This document shows, piece by piece, positions 38,284-46,854 of a stretch of DNA of 64,000 bases (positions within the stretch are counted from its first letter, which is position 1; each line of letters opens with the position of its first letter). The translations under genes and the position numbers were made by a program. This DNA is from Vicinamibacteria bacterium (GTDB taxonomy: Bacteria > Acidobacteriota > Vicinamibacteria > Marinacidobacterales > Marinacidobacteraceae): NCBI GenBank assembly GCA_965199715.1, contig OZ241322.1, forward strand, positions 992,001-1,056,000. The letters run 5' to 3'. Below the pieces are notes generated by a model. The model had not been told where the DNA came from, made no database searches, and worked only from the letters and a program-made list of their open reading frames with translations.

Positions 38284-39743
38284 GGGAGGTCCGCTCCTTC
38301 CAGGGCTTCGTCGCCCGTCCACGCTCCGCCGAGCGCCCGGTGCACTCGGAGCCGGGCGAGGTTCAGGTTCCGCTCCGCCCCGGCGAGCGCGGACTCCACG
38401 TCAAGCACCGTACGCGAGGCGTCGAGGTAATCGGCGTAGCCGCCGAGCCCGGAGGCGTAGCGTTCGGCTCGGGTCTCCATCGTGGACTCCGCGTCGCCCC
38501 GGCGGGCCGCGAGGAGCTCGTAGCGGCGGCGTTCGTGGCGGAGCGCCGCAAGCGCCGCCTCCACCTCGTTCACCGCCGTCACGACCGTGCGTCCGAAGCC
38601 GGCCGCGAGCTCGTCGAAGCGCGCCTCGGCGAGCGCCTGCTCGCCCTTGAGCCGGCCGGCGTCGAAGACCGGATGGAGGAGGTTGCCCATGAGGTTGCCG
38701 AACCACTGCTTCACGTCGAAGAGGTCGCCGGCCTCGACGGCCTGGAGGCCGATCGTCCCGGCGAGCGAGAGCCGCGGCAGGAGCGCGGCGCGCCGCGCTT
38801 CGACTTCGTGCCCGGCCGCTTCCAGCCGGCTCCACGCGGCCTGCACGTCGGGGCGCTGGCGCAGCAGGTCGGCGGGAACGCCGGCCGGCACGGGCGCCCC
38901 GGCGGGCGCCGGACGGAGCTCGTCGGGAAGGATCGCCGCGAGGTCCCGCCGGTGGCCGCCGAGCAGGATCGCGAGGCGGCTTTCCGCCGCGGCCAGCCGG
39001 CTCTCGAGTTGCGGGACGCCGGCCTCGGTGGCGCGGGAGTCCTGGCGCACGCGCTGCAGCGAGAGCGAGGCCGCGAGGCCGCGCGCGTAGCGCAGCTCCG
39101 CCAGCTCCTCCCGCTCCCGGAGCACTCCGGAGGTTTCGCGGGCGAGCGCGATCCGGCGGCGCAGGTCCACGACGTCGAAGTAGGCGGCGATGGTCTCCGA
39201 AAGGACCCCGATCCGCGCCGCGCGGAGGTCCGACTCGGAGGCCATGAGCTGCGCTCCGGCCGCCCGGGAGGAATGGGCCAGCCGGCCCCAGAGGTCGATC
39301 TCCCAGGACACGTCCGCGGCGAGCGAGTACGTCGTGAGGCCGAGCCGCTCGGGCAGCGTGAACCCGGCCGCGCCGAGCGTGTCCTCGAGCCCCAGGTCCC
39401 GGAACTGGGCGCCGATCCCGGCGTTCACCGGCGTGTCGAACGTGTCCCCCGCGGCGCGGGCGCGGACGACCGGAAGGATCGCGGCGTCGGCGAGGCGCGC
39501 CCGGACCCGCGCCTGCTGGACCCGGGCGACGGACTCGGCGAGGTCGAAGTTCTGTTCGAGCGCCCGCTCCACGACCGCGTCGAGCGCCGGATCCTCGAAG
39601 ACGCGCCACCACGCCCGCGGCTCGGCGCCTCCGGACCCGGCCTCCTCCGCGTATGTCTGCGGCAGCTCGGGCGGAGCCGGCTCCGGCGCCCGGGCGGCCG
39701 AGCAGCCGGCGAGCGCGACCGGAATCAGCAGCCGCAGGCTCAT
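38280..39743 (-). CDS. NodT/TolC-family outer membrane efflux lipoprotein
   Basis: Lipobox LAGC, WWRVFEDPAL, SWEIDLWG, LLRQRPDV, RALGGAW. Confidence 0.92.
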   Translation of the reverse strand: MSLRLLIPVALAGCSAARAPEPAPPELPQTYAEEAGSGGAEPRAWWRVFEDPALDAVVERALEQNFDLAESVARVQQARVRARLADAAILPVVRARAAGDTFDTPVNAGIGAQFRDLGLEDTLGAAGFTLPERLGLTTYSLAADVSWEIDLWGRLAHSSRAAGAQLMASESDLRAARIGVLSETIAAYFDVVDLRRRIALARETSGVLREREELAELRYARGLAASLSLQRVRQDSRATEAGVPQLESRLAAAESRLAILLGGHRRDLAAILPDELRPAPAGAPVPAGVPADLLRQRPDVQAAWSRLEAAGHEVEARRAALLPRLSLAGTIGLQAVEAGDLFDVKQWFGNLMGNLLHPVFDAGRLKGEQALAEARFDELAAGFGRTVVTAVNEVEAALAALRHERRRYELLAARRGDAESTMETRAERYASGLGGYADYLDASRTVLDVESALAGAERNLNLARLRVHRALGGAWTGDEALEGADLP

Positions 39744-40270
39744 GCGGGGAGACGTCGCTCGGCCAACCCGTCGAGCGCGAGACCGAACCAAGCGGTGAAC
39801 GACTCCGGCGCCTCGGCCATGCGGGCGCGGACCGCCGCGAGCCCCTCCCACTTCCAGTCCATCGCCTCGGCGGGATTCGGGGACGCGGATCCGTCGAACC
39901 GACCGAGAAGGACATGGTCGTATTCGTGCTCGATCATTCCGTGGTCGAGCTCGGCCCGGTAGCGGAAGGCGAACGCCGGCTCCAGCGGGCAATCGAACCC
40001 CATCTCGTGGCGCAGCCGGCGGTGGGCGGCGTCCAGCAGCGCCTCTCCGGCCAGCGGATGGCTGCAGCACGCGTTCGTCCACAGCCCGCCCGAGTGGTAC
40101 TTGCCGAGCGCGCGGCGCTGCAGCAGCGTCCGCCCGGATGCGTCGAACACGAAGATGGAGAAGGCCCGATGAAGGATCCCCTCGCGGTGGGCGGCCATCT
40201 TCTCCACGACTCCGACGGGGCGATCCTCAGCGTCCACGGCGACCAACATGTCCCCCGACTCGCTTCGCAT
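39740..40270 (-). CDS. idi: Isopentenyl-diphosphate delta-isomerase, type 1
   Basis: LHRAFSIFVF, LLQRRA..KYH..GLWTNACCSHP, EHEYDHV. Confidence 0.95.
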   Translation of the reverse strand: MRSESGDMLVAVDAEDRPVGVVEKMAAHREGILHRAFSIFVFDASGRTLLQRRALGKYHSGGLWTNACCSHPLAGEALLDAAHRRLRHEMGFDCPLEPAFAFRYRAELDHGMIEHEYDHVLLGRFDGSASPNPAEAMDWKWEGLAAVRARMAEAPESFTAWFGLALDGLAERRLPA

Positions 40271-40290
40271 GGCGCCGCCTGCCCGCCCGC

Positions 40291-40299
40291 ACTCTATCA
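40291..40299 (-). promoter_or_regulatory. Putative extended -10 (TGaTAGAGT) upstream of idi
   Basis: Motif lies ~20 nt upstream of the idi ATG, just downstream of tRNA-Cys. Confidence 0.35.
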
Positions 40300-40327
40300 G
40301 CCCGCACGCAGCCGGAATCAGCTCGGG

Positions 40328-40400
40328 AGGCGGCGGGCGGATTCGAACCGCCGAATAGAGGTTTTGCAGACCTCCGCCTTGGCCACTTGGCTACGCCGCC
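40328..40400 (-). tRNA. tRNA-Cys(GCA)
   Basis: GGCGGCG acceptor, GAGGT-CT GCA AA-ACCTC, GGTTCGAATCC, U discriminator. Confidence 0.95.
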
Positions 40401-40413
40401 ACGGCCCGGCGCC

Positions 40414-40488
<75 letters not shown>

Positions 40489-40530
40489 CCTCGGGCCGCC
40501 GAAGCGACCGGAAATCATAGCGGGAGCGGG

Positions 40531-40974
40531 TCAGAACGCGTCCCGGCGGATACGGATCTCCGGTCGGGCGAGAACGCGCGCCCACCCGCTCGCCGCCGCC
40601 GGGAACTGCACCTCGACGACGTCCATCCGCAGCCGCGAACCCGCCGGAATCCGGCCCCGCGCCGACTCCCGGGCCCACATGCGCCGCGCCGCCCGGCGGA
40701 TCCGGCGGCGCTTGGCCGCGTCCACCTTCTCGATCGGCCGCCCGAAGCCGCCGCGTCGGGTCTTGACCTCGACGACCGCGAGCGCGCCCCCCTCCCACGC
40801 CACCACGTCCAGCTCGGCGTCGGCGGAGGCGGGGCCGCCGCGGTAGTTGCGGGCGACGACCCGGTATCCGGCGCGGCGCAGCGCCCGGACCGCGATCCGC
40901 TCCCCGCGCGCGCCGAGCCGCAGGTGGGGCGCGGTCCGGAACCGGCGGATCAGCGATCGGAAGCGCGTCGCCAG
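40531..40974 (-). CDS. YraN family nuclease-fold protein
   Basis: LGARGERIA, GYRVVARNY, ELDVVA, VEVKTR, RMDVV; start uncertain. Confidence 0.85.
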   Translation of the reverse strand: MATRFRSLIRRFRTAPHLRLGARGERIAVRALRRAGYRVVARNYRGGPASADAELDVVAWEGGALAVVEVKTRRGGFGRPIEKVDAAKRRRIRRAARRMWARESARGRIPAGSRLRMDVVEVQFPAAASGWARVLARPEIRIRRDAF

Positions 40975-42323
40975 GAGGTTCCGGTCGGGGAGTCCTCGAG
41001 CTGGATCCCCCGCCCCGCGAGTTCGTCGCGGATGCGGTCGGCCTCGGCCCAGTCGCGGTTCGCCCGGGCCTCGGTCCGCTGGCGGACGAGTTCGACGATC
41101 TCGGGGTCGCCCCGCTCCGTCGCGCCGAGGCCGAACACCCCGAGCGCGTCGTTCATCCGGACGATCGCCCCGGCCCAGCCGGGGGCCTCGCCGGTCGCTT
41201 CGGCGAGCGCCCGGTTCCCCTCCCGCAGCGCGTGGAAGACCTCGGCGAGCGCCCGCGAGACGTTCAGGTCGTCGTCGAGGGCCGCCTCGAACCGGGCGAG
41301 GGTTTCGGCCGCGAAGGGAGCGCCGGCCGCGGGAGCGCCGGCCCGGCGGAGGAAGTCCTCGACCCGGCGGACGGCCGTCTCCGCCTGCCTGAGGCCCGCG
41401 AGCGTGAAGTTGAGCTGCTGGCGGTAATGGACCGAGAGCAGCAGGTAGCGGATCGCCCCGGGCGAGTGCCCGGCGTCCAGCAGCTCGCGCACGGTGTACT
41501 GGTTGCCGAGCGACTTGGACATCTTCCGGCCCTCCACCAGCAGGTGCTCCGAGTGGAACCAGTGCCCCGCGAAGGGCGCTCCGGTCGCGGCCTCGCTCTG
41601 CGCGATCTCGTTCTCGTGGTGGGGGAAGACCAGGTCCACGCCGCCGCAGTGGACGTCGAGGCTCTCGCCGAGAAGCTCCATGGCCATCGCCGAGCATTCG
41701 AGGTGCCAGCCCGGCCGCCCCCTCCCGAAGGGCGCGTCCCACGACGGCTCGTCCGGCTTCGCGCCCTTCCAGAGCACGAAGTCGTGGGCGTCCTCCTTGT
41801 CGTACTCGTCCGCGTCCACCCGCGCCCCGGCGACGCGGTCGGAGGCCGCGGCGCCGGAGAGCCGCCCGTAGCCGGGAAAGCCCGCGACGCGGAAGTACAC
41901 CGAGCCGCCGGCGGCGTAGGCGCGGCCCGACTCGAGCAGCCGCGAGACGAGACGGATCATCGCGGCGATGAAGCGGTCGTCGGTGGCCCTGGGGTAGTGC
42001 TCCACCCGCTCGATGGCCAGCGCGTCGGCGTCCTCGAAGTACTGCTCGATGAACCGGGTCGTGTACTCCCGCAGCGGCTCTCCCGCCTCCCGGGCGCCGC
42101 GGATCGTCTTGTCGTCCACGTCGGTGAAGTTCATCGCCTGCTCGATCCGGTAGCCCTGGTAGCGCAGGTAGCGGCGGAGCAGGTCCTGGGCCACGAAGGT
42201 GCGGAAGTTGCCGATGTGCCCGCGCCCATAGACGGTGAGCCCGCAGGTGTACATCCGCACCTCGCCGGGCCGGCGCGGCGCGAACTCCTCGACCTTCCCC
42301 CCGAGGGAGTTGCGCAGCCTCAC
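40950..42323 (-). CDS. cysS: Cysteine--tRNA ligase
   Basis: MYTCGLTVY..HIGN, GRPGWHLECS, FPHHENE, KMSKS. Confidence 0.97.
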   Translation of the reverse strand: MRLRNSLGGKVEEFAPRRPGEVRMYTCGLTVYGRGHIGNFRTFVAQDLLRRYLRYQGYRIEQAMNFTDVDDKTIRGAREAGEPLREYTTRFIEQYFEDADALAIERVEHYPRATDDRFIAAMIRLVSRLLESGRAYAAGGSVYFRVAGFPGYGRLSGAAASDRVAGARVDADEYDKEDAHDFVLWKGAKPDEPSWDAPFGRGRPGWHLECSAMAMELLGESLDVHCGGVDLVFPHHENEIAQSEAATGAPFAGHWFHSEHLLVEGRKMSKSLGNQYTVRELLDAGHSPGAIRYLLLSVHYRQQLNFTLAGLRQAETAVRRVEDFLRRAGAPAAGAPFAAETLARFEAALDDDLNVSRALAEVFHALREGNRALAEATGEAPGWAGAIVRMNDALGVFGLGATERGDPEIVELVRQRTEARANRDWAEADRIRDELAGRGIQLEDSPTGTSWRRASDR

Positions 42324-43975
42324 GCTCCCTCCCGCCGGACCACGACGACGGTGAGATCGTCGGCGAGCGGGTTCGGGCCGGCGAACGCCCGAGCCCCGGC
42401 GACCAGCTCGCCGCAGATCTCGCGGGCGGTCCGAGCCCGGAACTCGCGGACGACGTCGCGGATGCGCTCCTCGAACTGCCGCCCCCCGGCGTCCTCGGTC
42501 TCGCTGAGCCCGTCGGTGAACAGCACGAGCACGTCCCCGGGGGCGACCTCCACCCGGCCCGCGTCGACGAGGATTTCGGGGAACAGGCCGAGCACGGTGG
42601 AGCCGTCGCCGAGCTCGTCGGTGGAGCCGTCGCCGTGGGCGAGGATCGGGCGGACGTGCCCGGAGTTCACGTACTGGAGCGACCCCGAGCCGGGCTCGAT
42701 CAGCGCGAACACCCCGGTCATGTAGCGGTTGGCCTCGGTGTTCGAGTGGAGGAAGCGGTTCAGCTCGAGCGCGGCGTCGCGCAGGTCCCGGCCCCCGTGG
42801 GTGAAGAACGCCCGCAGCGACGCCGTCACCGAGGCCATGATGATGGCCGGGCCGGTCCCCTTGCCCGAGACGTCGGAGATGGAGACGAAGAGACCGCCGG
42901 GCAGGTCGAGGTAGTCGAAGTGGTCGCCGCCGACTGCGAGGCACGGGATGTTGACGCCCCACACGTCCCAGCCGGGAAGGCGCGGCGGATCGTCGGGAAG
43001 GAAGCGGGACTGGATGCTCCGGGCCAGCTTCTGCTCCTTCTCCTTCTCGATGGAGGACCGGGTGAGACGCAGCGCCTCGACCACCGCCGCCGCCTGCGCG
43101 GCGAGCGAATCGAGCAGCGCGCGGTCGTCGGGGGACAGCTCGCGCCCGAGGCCGGGATCCCCGACGAAGACGACGCCGCGCAGCCCGGCCCCGGCGAAGG
43201 CCGCGGCCGCGCCGAAGCGCAGCCGGCGAAGCGCCTCCGCGATCTCGGGATCGGCGGCGGCTCCGGCCACCGTGACTCCGGGCGCGCCCTCGAGCCGCCG
43301 GGCGGCGCGCAGCAGCAGCGCGCCCTCCTCCGGCGACCGGCGCGGCCCCTTGCTCGCGAGCACCCGCCCGCCGACGACGACCGCCGCGCGGCTCGCGAGC
43401 ACCTGCCCCATCGCCCCGTGGAGCAGCAGGTCCCAGACCCGGGACTCCGACGTCGCCCGGTGAAGCCCGGCGGTCAGGTCCATGAGCGACTGGAGCTGAT
43501 AGACCTTGAGCGCGAGGCCGCGGTTCCGCGACCGGAGTTCGTCGTCCTTGCGCCGGTGCGCGAGCTCGGCGGCGGCCGCCGCCGCGACCCCGCGCAGGAA
43601 CGGGCCGCGCTCCGGCTCGCCGCCCAGAACCAGCGCGCCGAGCCGCTCGCCCCGGTCCCGGAGCGGCGCCCGCGCGAACTCGTCGCGGTCTTCCCAGCCG
43701 GCGGGCGGATCCCCGCTGGCGCCGGCCGGTTCGAGCGCATCCCCCCGCCGCAGCAGGACGCCCGCCCACGGAGCCCCGGCGCGCTCCCGCACGCACGCGA
43801 GCACCGCCGCCACGACCTCGTCGATTCCGTCGCAGGCGCGCAGCGAGTCGCGGAGCCGGTCCAGCGCGACGAGCTCCGAAATCCGCGCCCGCAGCGCGGG
43901 ATCCTCGATGTCCGGAAGCCCCGGAACGAGATGTTCGGAAAAGTCGGCGAGCCGCTCCACCGGGACGACCGCCAT
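42320..43975 (-). CDS. PP2C/SpoIIE (RsbU-like) phosphatase with GAF-like N-terminal domains
   Basis: VGGDHFD, DVSGKG, NSGH, LFTDGL.E, DDLTVV. Confidence 0.9.
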   Translation of the reverse strand: MAVVPVERLADFSEHLVPGLPDIEDPALRARISELVALDRLRDSLRACDGIDEVVAAVLACVRERAGAPWAGVLLRRGDALEPAGASGDPPAGWEDRDEFARAPLRDRGERLGALVLGGEPERGPFLRGVAAAAAAELAHRRKDDELRSRNRGLALKVYQLQSLMDLTAGLHRATSESRVWDLLLHGAMGQVLASRAAVVVGGRVLASKGPRRSPEEGALLLRAARRLEGAPGVTVAGAAADPEIAEALRRLRFGAAAAFAGAGLRGVVFVGDPGLGRELSPDDRALLDSLAAQAAAVVEALRLTRSSIEKEKEQKLARSIQSRFLPDDPPRLPGWDVWGVNIPCLAVGGDHFDYLDLPGGLFVSISDVSGKGTGPAIIMASVTASLRAFFTHGGRDLRDAALELNRFLHSNTEANRYMTGVFALIEPGSGSLQYVNSGHVRPILAHGDGSTDELGDGSTVLGLFPEILVDAGRVEVAPGDVLVLFTDGLSETEDAGGRQFEERIRDVVREFRARTAREICGELVAGARAFAGPNPLADDLTVVVVRREGA

Positions 43976-44439
43976 CACCCGGCGCCCTCGGTCTTCGGCC
44001 GGCGGCTGCGGGCGCGTTCCAGCACCCACCGGCACGCCCCGCGGGGCAGGCGCTCGTGCGACACCACGTCCATCAGCCGCCGCATCAGGTGGACCCCGAG
44101 ACCGCCCCGCCGCCCCTCGGCCGCGAGCCGCTGCAGGTCTGGCTCCGGGGGCATTGCGGCGAGCGCCTGTCCGTGGTGCTCGATCTCGAAGCGGACCCGC
44201 GCCCGGCTCGGCACGAAACGCAGCACGACCGCCGGACCGGGCTTGCCCCGATAGGCGTGCTCGAGGACGTTCGCGAACGCCTCGCCGACCGAAAGCGCCA
44301 TCTCGTCGGCGGCCCGGGGCTCGAAGCCGGCCGCGATCGCGAGCCGCCGGGCGGTGTCGTGGGCGACGCGGAGCGACGCGCCGGCGGCCGGCAGCGACAC
44401 CTCGTAGGGCCGCGGCGGGACTTCCTGGGACCCGGCCAA
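43975..44439 (-). CDS. RsbW-like anti-sigma factor/Ser kinase
   Basis: EAFANVLEHAY, GGLGVHLMRRLMD. Confidence 0.88.
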   Translation of the reverse strand: MAGSQEVPPRPYEVSLPAAGASLRVAHDTARRLAIAAGFEPRAADEMALSVGEAFANVLEHAYRGKPGPAVVLRFVPSRARVRFEIEHHGQALAAMPPEPDLQRLAAEGRRGGLGVHLMRRLMDVVSHERLPRGACRWVLERARSRRPKTEGAG

Positions 44440-44443
44440 CGGG

Positions 44444-44794
44444 TCAGCTCCCCTCGAAGCTCCGGACGGCCTCGCCTTCCGAGTCGAAGGTCCGGCACAG
44501 CAGGTCGAACCCCAGAACCCGGTAGATGTGCCCGACCGAACCGGTCAGGTCGGCGACCCGGATGTCGCCGCCGCGGGCGCGCACTTCCTCGATGAGCCCC
44601 ATGATCGCGCCGAATCCGGCGCTCGCCACGTAGGCGAGGTGGAGGCCGCTGATGACGATGCGGAGCTCGCCGGTCTCGACGAGGCGATTCAGCTCGCCCT
44701 CGAACTCGGGCACGGTGTGGGCGTTGATGAAGCCGCGGGGCTCGACCACCACGACCGCGCCGACGCGCCTGCGGGTGACCTCGAGATTCGCCAT
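44444..44794 (-). CDS. STAS anti-anti-sigma factor (RsbV-like)
   Basis: GFINAHT, YVASAGFG phospho-Ser motif. Confidence 0.88.
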   Translation of the reverse strand: MANLEVTRRRVGAVVVVEPRGFINAHTVPEFEGELNRLVETGELRIVISGLHLAYVASAGFGAIMGLIEEVRARGGDIRVADLTGSVGHIYRVLGFDLLCRTFDSEGEAVRSFEGS

Positions 44795-44796
44795 CC

Positions 44797-45720
44797 TCAG
44801 TCCGGGCGGCCGTCGAGCGCCCGGGCCACGTCGCGGTCGATCTGCCGCATGAGCGCCGCCGCGTCCTCGAACGCCTGGATCGGCCGCAGGTACGAGTGGA
44901 AGCGAACCCGGAGGTAGCTCGGCGCCGCCCTGGCGCCGATCAGGTGCGCCTCCAGCGTGGGGGAGTCGCCGAACGTGGGGCGGGGGCCCTTGTGCACCAC
45001 CGCCGGCAGGAGTCCGCCGCGCACCCGCGCGTCCCCCACGTATGCGCCGTCGGGAATGAGGACCTCTCCGTCGGCGTCCACGTTCGCGGTCGGGAAGCCG
45101 AGATCGTGTCCCCGGCCGGCGCCCTGGACGACCTCGCCGCCGACCTCGTAGGGCCGGCCCAGCATTTCCTTGGCGACCTCCACCTCGCCCCGGGCGAGCT
45201 CTTCCCGGATCCGGGTGGACGAGATGATCCGGCCCTCGAAGTCGGCGTCGGCCGCCTCGAGCACCTCGAATCCGCGTTCGGCGCCGAGCCGGCGCAGGAG
45301 CGCGACGTCGCCCGACCGGTCGCGTCCGAAGCGGAAGTTCGCCCCCTGCACGACGGCGCGGGCGCCGAGCCGGCCGACGAGCCGGTCCACGAAGTCCTCG
45401 GGGGACCACGCGGCGAAGCGCTCGGTGAACTCGACGACGGTGAGCCGCTCGACTCCGGCGCTCTCGAGGAATTCGGCCTTGAGCGCGAGCGGCGTGATGC
45501 ACCCGGGCGCCTCCTTGGGGCGGAGCAGTCGGGCCGGATGGGGTTCGAAGGTGACCGCCCCGAACGCGATCCCCCGGCGCTGCGCTTCCTTCCGGGCGAG
45601 CTCGAGCCCGCGCTGGTGGCCGAGATGGACGCCGTCGAAGTTGCCGACGGCGAGCACCGTCGGCTCCGGCCGTCCCGGCGGGGCCGGGGTTTCCGGCTCC
45701 CGACGCCGCTCGAGCTTCAA
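44797..45720 (-). CDS. ribF: Bifunctional riboflavin kinase/FAD synthetase
   Basis: GNFDGVHLGHQ, ISSTRIR, GFPTAN, RPT...LEAH. Confidence 0.93.
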   Translation of the reverse strand: MKLERRREPETPAPPGRPEPTVLAVGNFDGVHLGHQRGLELARKEAQRRGIAFGAVTFEPHPARLLRPKEAPGCITPLALKAEFLESAGVERLTVVEFTERFAAWSPEDFVDRLVGRLGARAVVQGANFRFGRDRSGDVALLRRLGAERGFEVLEAADADFEGRIISSTRIREELARGEVEVAKEMLGRPYEVGGEVVQGAGRGHDLGFPTANVDADGEVLIPDGAYVGDARVRGGLLPAVVHKGPRPTFGDSPTLEAHLIGARAAPSYLRVRFHSYLRPIQAFEDAAALMRQIDRDVARALDGRPD

Positions 45721-46154
45721 GAGGCGGGAGCCGGCGGACGCCGGCGCTCCATGAACGCCATCCGCAACTGGTAGAGCGCCCGCTCCAGCAGCCGCTCGTC
45801 TCCGGGACCGAGGCGCCCCTTCGACTTCTCCTGCAGGACCTCCAGCATGTCGATGAGCGCCTGGAGCCCCGAGAGGGCTTCCCGCGCCGTTTCCGGCTTG
45901 GCTCCCGGCGGAACCTGCTCCACGATCATCGCCGCTTGGTTGAACAGGAGCGTGACGAGCTGCTGGACGCGGGGCTCGTCCTTGGGCGTCTTTCCTCCGC
46001 GCTTCGGGCGTTCGCGCTTCGCCGCGGCCTCGGGATCGATGACGGGCGGCCGACTCGAGGACGCCGCCGGCGCGTCGGGCCGGCGCTCCCCCGCCTCGGT
46101 GAAGGCGCGCCGATCCCGAACCACGATCCGGGGGGCATGTTCCTCGTTGCTCAC
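45717..46154 (-). CDS. DUF1844-like conserved protein
   Basis: VRDRR, IDMLEVLQEKSKGRL...E..LL...LYQLRMAF; TAGAAT at 46177-46182; start estimated. Confidence 0.7.
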   Translation of the reverse strand: MSNEEHAPRIVVRDRRAFTEAGERRPDAPAASSSRPPVIDPEAAAKRERPKRGGKTPKDEPRVQQLVTLLFNQAAMIVEQVPPGAKPETAREALSGLQALIDMLEVLQEKSKGRLGPGDERLLERALYQLRMAFMERRRPPAPAS

Positions 46155-46227
46155 GTTCCGGTCGGCGCGGCCGGGCATTCTAGCGACCGGCTGGCGCCGG
46201 CCCCGGCCTCCCGCGAGAATCCGGGGC

Positions 46228-46854
46228 ATGCCGGACCCCGCCGACCTCGCCGAGCTGGGGCGGCTCCTCGACACGATGGCCGCGCTGCGGGCGCCGGACG
46301 GGTGCCCGTGGGACCGGGAGCAGACGTTCCGGTCGCTGCGTCCGCACGTGATCGAGGAGGCGCACGAGCTCGCCGCCGCGATCGATTCGGGCGATCCCGA
46401 AGCGGTGTGCGAGGAATCCGGCGACCTCCTGCTGCAGGTCGTGTTCCTCGCGCGGATCGCTCTCGAGGAGGGGCGCTTCGGCATGGCGGACGTGGCGCGG
46501 GGGATCGCCGACAAGCTCGTCCGCCGCCACCCGCACGTGTTCGGGGACGCGGCGCGGGCGGAGGACCCGGCCGAGGCGCTGCGGAGCTGGGAGGCGATGA
46601 AGGCGAAGGAGAAGCCCGGGCGGAAGAAGGACGGGCTCCCGCCGACGCTCCCGGCGCTGCTGCTCGCCCCGCTCGCGCTGGCGCGGGGCGGCGGCGAGCC
46701 GGGGCCGGTCGGCGAGGCGCTCGCCGAGTTCGAGGCGGAAGGCGGCGAGCGGGCGCTCGGCGAGCTGCTGTTCCGGATCGCGGCGGCGGCGGGGCGCGCG
46801 GGGCTCGATCCCGAGGCCGCGCTGCGCTTGCGGGCGCTCGGCGGTCAGCGGTAG
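46228..46854 (+). CDS. mazG: MazG nucleoside triphosphate pyrophosphohydrolase
   Basis: LRAPDGCPWDREQT, EEAHEL, EESGDLL, KLVRRHPHVF; second domain shortened. Confidence 0.92.
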   Translation: MPDPADLAELGRLLDTMAALRAPDGCPWDREQTFRSLRPHVIEEAHELAAAIDSGDPEAVCEESGDLLLQVVFLARIALEEGRFGMADVARGIADKLVRRHPHVFGDAARAEDPAEALRSWEAMKAKEKPGRKKDGLPPTLPALLLAPLALARGGGEPGPVGEALAEFEAEGGERALGELLFRIAAAAGRAGLDPEAALRLRALGGQR

